Shown: one piece after another, positions 20,455 through 29,538 of the stretch
Position numbering within the stretch: the first letter of the stretch is position 1
How the letters are laid out: each line of letters begins with the position of its first letter
From: Desulfatiglandales bacterium
GTDB lineage: Bacteria; Desulfobacterota; DSM-4660; Desulfatiglandales; HGW-15
Direction of reading: 5' to 3'
Assembly: GCA_963667015.2 (NCBI GenBank)
Contig: CAXXJJ010000001.1
Location: 704,001-768,000 of the forward strand
DNA length: 64,000 nucleotides
Program-made: the position numbers and the translations under genes
The notes under the pieces: generated by a model
The model's input: only the letters and a program-made list of their open reading frames with translations
Databases searched by the model: none
What the model was told of the DNA's origin: nothing

Positions 20455-21939
20455 ATGAAGATGAGTGATAATGTAAGAGTACGATTTGCCCCGAGCCCGA
20501 CCGGGTATCTCCATGTGGGCGGTGCAAGGACAGCAGTATATAACTGGCTGTATGCAAAAAAGACCGGCGGAAAATTTATACTTAGGATAGAGGACACGGA
20601 TGCCGAACGGTCAACTGAAGATTCCATAACAGGTATCCTTGAAGGTCTTGAATGGCTGGGGCTTAAATGGGACGAAGGTCCCTTCTATCAGTCCGGCTTT
20701 ATTAATGAGCATATTGATACAGCCAAAAAACTTCTTGCGTCCGGCAAGGCGTATAAGTGTTTCTGTACCAAAGAAGAGCTTGATGCAAAGAGAGAGGAAG
20801 CAACCAGGAACAAGGCTGACATGAAATATGATGGTACATGCCGGAACCTTACTCCTGAAGAAATTTCAGAAAAAGAGGCAGCAGGCATTCCATATACAGT
20901 TCGTCTGAAGGTGCCAGGTGATGGCGGATCGGTTAAGTTCAAGGATGAGGTGTATGGTCATATTGAGAAAAGATATGAAGACATAGAGGATTTTATAATC
21001 CTGAGATCAAACGGTCAGCCTCTTTATATTCTTTCAAACGCAGTTGATGACATTCGTGATGGTATAACTCATATAATCCGCGGGCAGGATGGTCTTGCCA
21101 ATACTCCCAAACAGATTCTGATCTACGAGGCCCTGGGGGCAAAAATACCGGCATTTGCGCATATATCTCTTACCCTTGATACCAAAAAGGCAAAGATATC
21201 CAAACGCAAGCATGGTGAGCAGGTTGCAGTTCATTTCTACAGGGAGCATGGATTTATTCCCTGGGCCTTTGTGAACTTTCTTGTGCTGCTTGGATGGTCA
21301 ACATCCGAGTCGACCCAGATATTTTCAAAAGATGAGTTGATTGAACAGTTTTCTCTGGACGGTCTTAATAAATCCAATTCAATCTTTGATATAAGGATAG
21401 ATGATCCGAAATTTTTTACAGATCCCAAGGCCATTAGTATTAATGCACACTATATAAAGAACATGCCGGTTGAAGAGCTCGCACCGTACGTAAAAGCAGA
21501 GTTTGAAAAAGATGGTATATGGGATGCGGAATATGAAGGCAGTAAAAAGGACTGGTTTTATGGGACAATAAATCTGTTAAGAGAAAGATACCATTACACC
21601 ACGGATTTTACATCCCTTGGCCGCGCATTCTTTTCTGATGATTTTGAGTTTGAAGAAAAGGCTGTACAGAAAAACCTGCTGAAGAACGATATCCTCAAGA
21701 CCATGCTTCCAGAGCTTGCAGACAAATTTGCCGCCATGGAAGGATTTGACGAAAAAGAGATAGAAGATATCATGCGCGCAATGATTGAAGAGCAGGGAGT
21801 AAAAGCCGGGGTTCTTATCAATGGCGTCCGCACAGCAGTAACCGGGCAGGCCGTAGGCCCCGGAATATTTGAGCTGCTTACAGCCATTGGAAAAGAAAGG
21901 GTTATAGATCGGCTCAAAAAGGTTGGCCAATTATATTAA
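20455..21939 (+). CDS. gltX: Glutamate--tRNA ligase
   Basis: RFAPSPTGYLHVGG (HIGH), RIEDTD and KISKR (KMSKS variant). Confidence 0.95.
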   Translation: MKMSDNVRVRFAPSPTGYLHVGGARTAVYNWLYAKKTGGKFILRIEDTDAERSTEDSITGILEGLEWLGLKWDEGPFYQSGFINEHIDTAKKLLASGKAYKCFCTKEELDAKREEATRNKADMKYDGTCRNLTPEEISEKEAAGIPYTVRLKVPGDGGSVKFKDEVYGHIEKRYEDIEDFIILRSNGQPLYILSNAVDDIRDGITHIIRGQDGLANTPKQILIYEALGAKIPAFAHISLTLDTKKAKISKRKHGEQVAVHFYREHGFIPWAFVNFLVLLGWSTSESTQIFSKDELIEQFSLDGLNKSNSIFDIRIDDPKFFTDPKAISINAHYIKNMPVEELAPYVKAEFEKDGIWDAEYEGSKKDWFYGTINLLRERYHYTTDFTSLGRAFFSDDFEFEEKAVQKNLLKNDILKTMLPELADKFAAMEGFDEKEIEDIMRAMIEEQGVKAGVLINGVRTAVTGQAVGPGIFELLTAIGKERVIDRLKKVGQLY

Positions 21940-21966
21940 AGTTAAATATCGGTTATTAAAATAATT

Positions 21967-22150
21967 TGCACAAAAAAGTGTGCATCAATGTACATGAAAT
22001 TGTGCAAATTTATATTTTTTTAGATAAGCATTCCCGCCATGAAGCGAATAGAAAAAATTTTAAACCAGTGAATATCCTCATTATTTAAGGATCTTAACTG
22101 TTTCATTTGTAACTGAATAAAGATTACTTGCGTCTGGCACAATCCTTGTA
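21967..22150 (+). promoter_or_regulatory. Sigma54 promoter with tandem palindromic enhancer sites (locus A)
   Basis: TGCACAAAAAAGTGTGCA (21967-21984), TGTACATGAAATTGTGCA (21989-22006) and TGGCAC-AATCC-TTGTA (22135-22150). Same layout as 57631-57813. Confidence 0.7.
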
Positions 22151-22178
22151 TTAAGTCCTTTCAACCTGCCGGAAATGC

Positions 22179-22383
22179 AGTCTGAAGCTTTTCACCCTGT
22201 TAAATAAGATTTGAGTATTCTCCTATACAAAATTACCTTTGGTATTTAACGGGGTAAAGGCTGAGGACTGAAGAAAAAGCCTTAAAAACCTAACAACCCT
22301 CAGGCGAAACCGCTTCCTTGACACGCCATTTTTTCAGGGCGTAGCCTTGGCGGAGACTGAAGCTACAGCGAAGGCGGCAGCCT
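22179..22383 (+). repeat. Degenerate copy of the ~78-bp hairpin repeat with two nested palindromic inserts
   Basis: AGTCTGAAGCTTTT [CACCCTGTTAAATA...TATTTAACGGGGT] AAAGGCTGAGGACTG...CCTAACAACCCTCAGGCGAAACCGCTTC [insert ending AGCTACAGCGAAGGCGG] CAGCCT aligns with 59296-59373. Confidence 0.65.
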
Positions 22384-22402
22384 GTTTTTAAAGGAGACAT
22401 CT

Positions 22403-22573
22403 ATGAGCAAAATACAATCCATAAAAACCACTGACATTGTTCTGGACAAAAGTATTTATCCCAGAAACAGCATTGACCACAAAAGGGTTGCAATGTTTGA
22501 AGAAAACATGAGAGATGGCTTCGAATTTGATCCCATACACTTGCAGGCACATCCGGATGAACCGGAGAAATGA
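22403..22573 (+). pseudogene. Truncated paralog of the ParB-like/DNA methyltransferase gene at 57890
   Basis: AAGGAG RBS, then MSKIQSIKTTDIVLDKSIYPRNSIDHKRVAMFEENMRDGFEFDPIHLQAHPDEPEK* (56 aa), nearly identical to the N-terminus of 57890-59302. It stops just before the transposase element. Confidence 0.9.
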
Positions 22574-22582
22574 GTGTAAAGT

Positions 22583-23678
22583 GGGACGTCCATAAATAAG
22601 TAAATAACTTGACAATTGTTAATAATATTATACTATTTCGAACTATGCCAAGATTAGCACGATTAGACGCACCTGGTATTTTACACCACGTAATGATCAG
22701 GGGGATCGAGCGTCGCAAAATATTTAGAGATGATAAGGACAGAGAGAATATTCTGGAACGACTATCTATTCTTCTGTCTGAAACGAAAACTACATGCTAT
22801 GCATGGGCTCTTATGCCCAATCATGCACATTTTTTATTCCGAAGTGGCGATTCCGGTATATCAACTTTAATGATGAAATTACTGACGGGGTATGCTGTAA
22901 GTTTTAACAGGAGACATAAACGTCATGGTCAGCTTTTTCAGAACAGATATAAGTCAATTATTTGTCAGGAAGATCAATATCTAATTGAACTGGTAAGGTA
23001 TATCCACTTAAATCCTCTTAGGGCGAAACTGGTTAAGGACATGACCGCTCTTAATAAATATCCCTATTGTGGTCATAGTGCTTTAACCGAAAAGTATAAA
23101 AGAGAATGGCAGGATGTAAAATATATATTAAGCCTATTTGGAAGAGGATTAGGAGACGCAAAAAAAAGATATTTGGAGTATATAAAAAAAGGAATAGAAC
23201 AAGGTCGTCGCCCTGAACTCGTTGGAGGGGGATTGATAAGAAGTTTAGGAGGATGGGAAGCAGTTAAGAAAATCCGGATGAGTGGCCAGGATCGCATAAA
23301 AAGCGATCAGCGTATTCTTGGTGAAAGTGATTTTGTAATGGAAATATTGGAAGAAGCCAATGAGAAATACGAGCGGTTTTATGAGCTCAAAAGAAAAGGT
23401 TACAATCTTGAAAAGATAGAGCAGAGAATTACAGAGATATATGATATTGATAAATCTGATATATATTCCAGGGGCCGTCGAAAAGTTCAGGCAGAGGCAA
23501 GGAGTTTATTTTGTTATTGGGCAGTTTGTGAATTGGGCATAAGCAGAACGTTTTTAGCAGGGCGACTCGGCATGACACAACCTGGTGTTGGGTATGCGGT
23601 AAACAGGGGAGAAAAGTTATCAAAGGAAAATGATTTTAAATTGATACCTTGACTTATTTACTTTTTTATGGTCGTCCC
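22583..23678 (+). mobile_element. Y1/HUH (IS200/RAYT-like) transposase element bounded by 25-bp inverted repeats
   Basis: Left end GGGACGTCCATAAATAAGTAAATAA (22583-22607); right end reverse complement GGGACGACCATAAAAAAGTAAATAA (23654-23678); 23 of 25 positions match. Confidence 0.8.
22645..23652 (+). CDS. Y1 (HUH) tyrosine transposase, RAYT-like, with C-terminal HTH
   Basis: MPRLAR..HHVMIRG, HUH motif MPNHAH, GQLFQNRYKS and catalytic YIHLNP. Probably leaderless, since TTGACA (22609) and TACTAT (22631) lie just upstream of the ATG. Confidence 0.9.
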   Translation: MPRLARLDAPGILHHVMIRGIERRKIFRDDKDRENILERLSILLSETKTTCYAWALMPNHAHFLFRSGDSGISTLMMKLLTGYAVSFNRRHKRHGQLFQNRYKSIICQEDQYLIELVRYIHLNPLRAKLVKDMTALNKYPYCGHSALTEKYKREWQDVKYILSLFGRGLGDAKKRYLEYIKKGIEQGRRPELVGGGLIRSLGGWEAVKKIRMSGQDRIKSDQRILGESDFVMEILEEANEKYERFYELKRKGYNLEKIEQRITEIYDIDKSDIYSRGRRKVQAEARSLFCYWAVCELGISRTFLAGRLGMTQPGVGYAVNRGEKLSKENDFKLIP

Positions 23679-23715
23679 CCTTTTCATGGTGAAGGTCTTA
23701 TACATATTGAGCTTA

Positions 23716-24780
23716 TTAACCTTGGTCCCGTTCACTGCGCGTGTAATCCTGTCCGGAGCACTCTTCCATATCAGGAAGTGATGAACGTATCTCGATGAAA
23801 TGATCAAAATATTCCTTAAAAATATCAAAAATATCAGGATCAAAGTGCTCGCCGCGTTCCTGTTGCATGATATCAAAGGCAACTTCAGGTGGGTATGGGG
23901 CTTTATAGGGGCGTCTGGAAGTCAATGCATCGAAGGTGTCGGCAAGAGCAACGATTTTTCCGCACAGCGGGATGTTTGCTCCCTTGAGCTGATTGGGATA
24001 TCCTTTCCCGTTAAAACGTTCGTGATGGTTTAGGGCAATGTCATGTCCCATCTGGAGAATTTTAGATTTTGAATTTGAAAGGAGGTTGGCCCCGATCACG
24101 GTGTGGGTTTTTATTTTATCAAACTCAACATCGGTCAATTTTCCTGGCTTTAGCAGGATTTTATCCGGTATGCCGATTTTCCCGATATCATGCATGGGGG
24201 ATGCATAAAAAATAGTCTCGCAGTAATCTTCATCCTGGTTTAATTTTTCTGCCATAAATCGGGAGTAATTACCTATCCTGATGATATGAGTCCCGGTATC
24301 TTCATCCTTGTATTCCGCTGCCATGACGAGGCGGTGGATGGAGTCAATATAGGAGGCTTTGAGTTCTTTGTGAGCTTTTTGTGCTTCTTTTTTTAAAATT
24401 CTTTCACGAATGACCCGGTCAATCCTGAGGATCATCTCCCTTGGTGAAAAAGGCTTTTCAACAAAGTCACTTGCACCGATGTTGATCATTTCATCATAAT
24501 GATAATTCTGGGTCTGGCCGGTCATAACAATGATATCAGCTTTATATTGGGACCTGGTAATTTTTGCCAGCTCAATCCCGCCCATTACAGGCATGTCGAT
24601 ATCAGTGACAACGATGTCATATTCTTTTTCAGCCAGCAGTTTTATCGCTTCTTCACCATTTTGTGCGATAGAGCAGTTATAGGTAGTCCTCTCAATTGTT
24701 GACTTAAGCATAGACCTTAACATGGGTTCATCATCAACTATCAAGATCATACCATTTCTTGAATTGGGTGGTTTGTCCAT
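23716..24780 (-). CDS. Response regulator with HD-GYP phosphodiesterase domain (RpfG-like)
   Basis: Receiver domain (VDDE, DIDMP, KP), then HDIGK, HHERFNGKGYP and RPYK. Confidence 0.93.
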   Translation of the reverse strand: MDKPPNSRNGMILIVDDEPMLRSMLKSTIERTTYNCSIAQNGEEAIKLLAEKEYDIVVTDIDMPVMGGIELAKITRSQYKADIIVMTGQTQNYHYDEMINIGASDFVEKPFSPREMILRIDRVIRERILKKEAQKAHKELKASYIDSIHRLVMAAEYKDEDTGTHIIRIGNYSRFMAEKLNQDEDYCETIFYASPMHDIGKIGIPDKILLKPGKLTDVEFDKIKTHTVIGANLLSNSKSKILQMGHDIALNHHERFNGKGYPNQLKGANIPLCGKIVALADTFDALTSRRPYKAPYPPEVAFDIMQQERGEHFDPDIFDIFKEYFDHFIEIRSSLPDMEECSGQDYTRSERDQG

Positions 24781-24945
24781 AATTTATTATCCTGATTTAT
24801 ATTTTAACTCAAGAATATCATACCTATTAGAAAAAAATACCAATGAGAATGCAAGACTATTTTATCCAGCAGGTCGTTAAGTGCCTGTGAACCAGTGAAA
24901 AAAAGCATTATTTTTATGGGGGATTAATGAGTGGATTGAAAAAAT

Positions 24946-24980
24946 ATATTCCCCGGTCGGAGACAAAACCGGGGAATAAT
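24946..24980. terminator. Hairpin terminator downstream of htpG
   Basis: TATTCCCCGGT...ACCGGGGAATA inverted repeat. Confidence 0.6.
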
Positions 24981-24994
24981 AATCTGCCTGTATT

Positions 24995-26866
24995 TTAAAG
25001 CGCCAATCCTATAACTTTATTTAAACGTTTTGCAAATTCTACAGGTTTTTCAAGTTCGGCTCCTTCAACCAGCATGGCCTGTTCAAGGAGGAGATAACTT
25101 ATATCTGAAATAAGGTCTTTATCATCAGATTTTTCGAGCTTTTTTACGATCTCATGATCCGGGTTAATCTCAAGTATCGGCTTGAACCCGGTAATATCTT
25201 TCTGGCCCATGGCCTTGAGCATATGCTGCATCTGGACCGTAGGATCACTTTCGCCTGCTACAATACAGGCAGGACTTTCACTCAACCGGCTGCTTGCAAC
25301 AACATCCTTTACACTTTCTCCAAGGGCTTCTTTCATTTTATCCAGGAGCGGTTTGAGTTCTTTTTCCTTTTCCCTGTCTTTTTCGTCTTTCAGTTCATCG
25401 GATGTCCCGCTCCTGTTAACAGCCTTCAACTCCATGTCCTGATACTTGCCAATAGAGGGAACAACAATCTCATCTATCTCGTCATCCATGATGAGTACTT
25501 CAATATCTTTCTTTTTATAGGCTTCGATAAGCGGTGAATTGCGAAGGGTATCTTCCTTGTCTCCGGTGATGAAATAGATAGCCTTCTGATCGTCCTTCAT
25601 TCTCTCCTTATATTCCGCCAGGCCTGTAAGCCCCTCAACCTTTGTTGATTTGAACCTGACAAGTTCCAGCAGGGTCTCTCTGTTTACAAAATCCGAATAG
25701 AGCCCTTCCTTTAGAGGCCGGTTGTACTGGGTGATAAATTCATTAAAAAGATCCTTGTTGTCTTCACTCATTTTTTTCAACTCGGCCAGGAGCTTCTTTA
25801 CAGAAGCAGATCTGATATTGGCAAGTATCCTGTTTTTCTGCAGTATTTCACGGCTTACATTCAGGGGCAGATCCTGGGAATCGATGATCCCTCGCATAAA
25901 GCGTAGATATACAGGTAACAGCTCTTTCCCGTCATCCATGATAAACACCCGTTTTACATAGAGCTTGACCCCGGGGGCATAATCAGCGTTATACAGATCA
26001 AAGGGAGCTTTTTGGGGGATGTAGAAAAGTGTAGTATATTCCTGTGCCCCTTCGGCTTTTGTGTGGAGGTAATAAAGAGGATCCTCAGTGTCATGAAATG
26101 AGGTCTTATAAAACTCGTTATAGTCTTCTTCCTTTAATTCCGACTTCTGGCGGGTCCACAGGGCAGAGGCGCTGTTTACCTGTTCTGTTTTTGTCTCTTT
26201 TTCTGCCTTTTTATTACCTTTCTCATCATATGGTGTTTCCGTATATTCAAGATAGATCGGAAAAGGTATGTGGTTGGAATATTTTTTAATAATCTCTTCT
26301 ATCTGCCAGCGGCTGGCATACTCTTTCCCCTCATCATTCAGATAAACCATGACTGTTGTACCGTGGGTTTCTCTCTCTGCCTCAGTGACAGCGTATCCGC
26401 TTTTTCCGTCGCTTTCCCATTTCCAGGCCTTTTCCTCTCCGGCCTTTCTGGTGATTACCTCAACCTTGTCGGCAATCATGAAGGCCGAGTAAAAGCCCAC
26501 TCCGAACTGTCCAATAAGATTGATATCATCAGCGGGCTTTTCATTAAGCCGGCTGATAAAATTTTTTGTGCCGGAACTTGCTATTGTTCCAATCTGGTTG
26601 TTAAGGTCATCCTCGTTCATGCCTATGCCGGAATCGGATATCTTCAGGAATTTCTTGTCCTCACCGTCAAAGGATATATCAATCCTGGGTTCAAAGGGGA
26701 TTGCCTTATAGGCCTCATCTGTAAGCGTCAGGTATTTCAGCTTGTCCAGCGCATCAGATGAGTTGGAAATAAGCTCCCTGATGGCGATTTCCTTGTGTGA
26801 ATAAAGTGAATGGATAATCAGCTGCAGCAGTTGATCGACTTCTGTTTTAAATTTACGTTTGGACAT
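24995..26866 (-). CDS. htpG: Molecular chaperone HtpG (Hsp90)
   Basis: RELISNSSDA, DSGIGM, IGQFGVGFYSAF and LPLNVSRE. Confidence 0.97.
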   Translation of the reverse strand: MSKRKFKTEVDQLLQLIIHSLYSHKEIAIRELISNSSDALDKLKYLTLTDEAYKAIPFEPRIDISFDGEDKKFLKISDSGIGMNEDDLNNQIGTIASSGTKNFISRLNEKPADDINLIGQFGVGFYSAFMIADKVEVITRKAGEEKAWKWESDGKSGYAVTEAERETHGTTVMVYLNDEGKEYASRWQIEEIIKKYSNHIPFPIYLEYTETPYDEKGNKKAEKETKTEQVNSASALWTRQKSELKEEDYNEFYKTSFHDTEDPLYYLHTKAEGAQEYTTLFYIPQKAPFDLYNADYAPGVKLYVKRVFIMDDGKELLPVYLRFMRGIIDSQDLPLNVSREILQKNRILANIRSASVKKLLAELKKMSEDNKDLFNEFITQYNRPLKEGLYSDFVNRETLLELVRFKSTKVEGLTGLAEYKERMKDDQKAIYFITGDKEDTLRNSPLIEAYKKKDIEVLIMDDEIDEIVVPSIGKYQDMELKAVNRSGTSDELKDEKDREKEKELKPLLDKMKEALGESVKDVVASSRLSESPACIVAGESDPTVQMQHMLKAMGQKDITGFKPILEINPDHEIVKKLEKSDDKDLISDISYLLLEQAMLVEGAELEKPVEFAKRLNKVIGLAL

Positions 26867-26957
26867 CTTTCCTCCAGTCAGAATTTTATTTTAAAATATA
26901 GTTGTTTTATCCGGTAATCGCGGATCTGATAATTTTGAAGGTATTTTAACGGTGAAA

Positions 26958-26985
26958 AAATAAGTTTGATTAACAATTTGTCAAG
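26958..26985 (-). promoter_or_regulatory. Putative heat-shock-type promoter of htpG
   Basis: Minus strand CTTGAC-N14-ACTTATTT loosely resembles RpoH-type CTTGAA...CCCCATNT. Confidence 0.3.
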
Positions 26986-26995
26986 CCTGTGCCCC

Positions 26996-27023
26996 CTGGT
27001 TTCTGGTCTCTGGTCTCAGGTTT
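26996..27023 (+). repeat. Heptamer tandem tract
   Basis: CTGGTTT CTGGTCT CTGGTCT CAGGTTT. Confidence 0.55.
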
Positions 27024-27123
27024 TTCTTGCTTTTCCAATCTTGAATCTTTAATGTTTATCCTGTTAAATCCGCATAGCGGTTGGCACACTTAACCGGATG
27101 AACCGTATATACATTTATAATAT

Positions 27124-27657
27124 ATGACATACGATCACTGGGCAGCAAAACCTGTAAACCTGCAAAGGATGACCTATCCACAAATGGGGCACCCGAAGCC
27201 AAATGGTCTCTGGTTTGATGTTGACGGAAGCTGGAAGCAATGGTGTGAGGCGGTAAAGTTCCGACCGGAAGGTCTTTGTCGCCGCCACACAGTTTTCCTT
27301 CAGGATACGTCAAGAATACTTTTCCTGCAAAATATCGAAGATATCGATTTATTTACCAGCCAATACGGTCAGGATATTTCCGGCTATATCCAGCCAATTC
27401 AAAATTCCGAAGATCTCGATACGTTTGCATGCCAGTATGGCAAGGACCTTTTCCGCGATATTCTCGGGCAATTCTCAAATTATATCATGTGGGGGGAGGT
27501 TGCCGGGAAATACAGCGGTATCATTGTCGATCCTTATCTCCCTGAGAGAAGAGATACCTACCTGTGGTACTACGGCTGGAACTGTGCGGGTGGGTGTATC
27601 TGGGACACAAGCGTGGTTCGCCTGGGTAAGCCGTGCCCGGAGGAGTCTCACCCATGA
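27124..27657 (+). CDS. Hypothetical protein (Trp-rich; KPxGLW and WxCxGGCIWD motifs)
   Basis: 177-aa ORF with globular composition. No function recognised. Confidence 0.6.
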   Translation: MTYDHWAAKPVNLQRMTYPQMGHPKPNGLWFDVDGSWKQWCEAVKFRPEGLCRRHTVFLQDTSRILFLQNIEDIDLFTSQYGQDISGYIQPIQNSEDLDTFACQYGKDLFRDILGQFSNYIMWGEVAGKYSGIIVDPYLPERRDTYLWYYGWNCAGGCIWDTSVVRLGKPCPEESHP

Positions 27658-27731
27658 GATTTTAACCCGGATTTAACATTAATAATCCACTTCGGCCTTC
27701 ACACACATAACTGCTTTAGCTAAAAGCCTTT

Positions 27732-28289
27732 TCAGCTAAGGGATTCTTTCCTGTAAATAGTCACCTTTTCGTGCCTTTTTATCCGACATTCAGGGGCAGT
27801 ATTTTCCTCTTTTTTTTCTAAATCTATACGAACGATTTCATAGCCCTTTTCAAGATGTTGCGAAAGCATTTTGTTGAAAATATTTTCAAGGTTTATGTCA
27901 TCCTTTAACGCAATTTTTTTGTGGCTGTTGATTGTCTCTTCAACTTCCATATTATATTGCAGGGATTCCCAGTCAATTTTTTCGATGTCCTCCTCATTGT
28001 CAGCTTCAGATGCAACAAGTGGCTCAAAGTAGCGGCAATACTTCGCGTAACCCGGCATGATCGACTTTAAAAACAATTCTCCATTTTCTTCGTTTTTAAA
28101 AGAAAATATTTTGCACTTGAGCGGGTCCGAGCCCTGTTCTATCACATGGAGGCATGCTGAACATGATTCATCCCGAACAGGTGTTGATAAAAAAATGGGA
28201 GATGATTCATCTGGTAATGATTCCTCTTCCGGTGTCATAAACATACGGGAAATATCTACCAGCCCCCTCCCCAGACTCTTTTGCCCCAT
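27732..28289 (-). CDS. Hypothetical ParA partner with N-terminal LGRGL motif and Cys cluster
   Basis: MGQKSLGRGL start, CSAC...C...C, and GGAGG RBS; directly downstream of parA. Confidence 0.8.
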   Translation of the reverse strand: MGQKSLGRGLVDISRMFMTPEEESLPDESSPIFLSTPVRDESCSACLHVIEQGSDPLKCKIFSFKNEENGELFLKSIMPGYAKYCRYFEPLVASEADNEEDIEKIDWESLQYNMEVEETINSHKKIALKDDINLENIFNKMLSQHLEKGYEIVRIDLEKKEENTAPECRIKRHEKVTIYRKESLS

Positions 28290-28366
28290 CCCGATCTTCC
28301 CCTCCCTTTCTGTAATAGCCGAAAATATTCGGGATTAAAGTATTCCTGTTTTGAAAAATATGCCTT

Positions 28367-29359
28367 CTAATAATTATCTTCCGGGTCAGAGAAAGAATAT
28401 GCAGAAGGATTGACTGCAATGGCCTCAATCATTTCAGAAAAACTTGATTCAGGAGAATCATAAGTAGTGTCGTACTGGCCTTCGTATCCGTATTCTGTCG
28501 AGGCCTGTCTTGAACCGGGTGCCATGAAGCCTTCTGTCTTTTCGAGAATTTCGTAAGCCGAACCCGTTGAGTTGATGCTCTTGCCGGTGCCTGATGCATC
28601 GGAGCGAATCAATTCTTCTGCCAGGTTTTCATAGTCCGCATGACCAATAGCGTGCTTGTCATAATCTCCCACAGGCTGGCCGTAATCAACGGATTCTCTC
28701 AATCGGATATTGTAACGGATAACCGTTTCAAAGACATGCTTTCCGAATTCCGATTTGACTTTGTCCAGAACAATTTCGGAGTACCGTGTTCTGGCATCAT
28801 ACATGGTGATCAGAGCACGGGATTTGATTTCGTTGTCGAGTTTTTCATTCAGCATCACAATGATTTCAGTCAGTTTAGCGACTCCCCGTAGTGAGAACAG
28901 ACTCATATCGATTGGAATAATCACTTCATCCGCTGCACGAAGGGCATTGAAGCAAAGATGGCCGATGCTTGGCGGGCAGTCTATGATGATATACTCATAA
29001 ATTGCATCAAGATCCTGGATGGCATTAAAAAGGCGATCTTCTCTTCCTTTCAGACCGGAAAGTTCCTGCTCAACAACACTCAGGATAATACTTGAAGGGG
29101 CCAGATCAAAGTTTTCTTTGATTGGAATCAGGATGTCATCCAGCGTTACATCCCCGTCCTGTTTTGGTGTTATTACGTCATAAATGGTTTTTTCAAGATC
29201 AGAAGGCAATACATTCAATCCCATGGTAGCATGGGCCTGGGGGTCAAAATCGATCAGAAGCACTCTCTGCCCTCTAAGTGCCAAAGAAGATGCAAGATTA
29301 ATAGCAGTTGTTGTTTTACCACAACCCCCTTTTTGGTTTGCGCTGGCAATAATCCTCAT
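28367..29359 (-). CDS. ParA/Soj family ATPase with acidic C-terminal extension
   Basis: Deviant Walker A KGGCGKTT, DFDPQ and IDCPP. Confidence 0.92.
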   Translation of the reverse strand: MRIIASANQKGGCGKTTTAINLASSLALRGQRVLLIDFDPQAHATMGLNVLPSDLEKTIYDVITPKQDGDVTLDDILIPIKENFDLAPSSIILSVVEQELSGLKGREDRLFNAIQDLDAIYEYIIIDCPPSIGHLCFNALRAADEVIIPIDMSLFSLRGVAKLTEIIVMLNEKLDNEIKSRALITMYDARTRYSEIVLDKVKSEFGKHVFETVIRYNIRLRESVDYGQPVGDYDKHAIGHADYENLAEELIRSDASGTGKSINSTGSAYEILEKTEGFMAPGSRQASTEYGYEGQYDTTYDSPESSFSEMIEAIAVNPSAYSFSDPEDNY

Positions 29360-29538
29360 ATGTCCCTACCTCCTCTGCTTCAATATTTTGATGTTTATAA
29401 TACAGATTGAGATCCACGTCCTTTGGTCGGGGTATTTTACTCATTAATTTTACATATCAGAGGAAACGTTATTCTTCAAGATAAAATACCACATATTGTA
29501 TTTTGATTGCTCTTAAAACTATTTATTGTGGAATTTTT

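Noticed and set aside
21940..22400. tRNA genes downstream of gltX
   Set aside because: No cloverleaf or GTTCRA T-loop motif was found.
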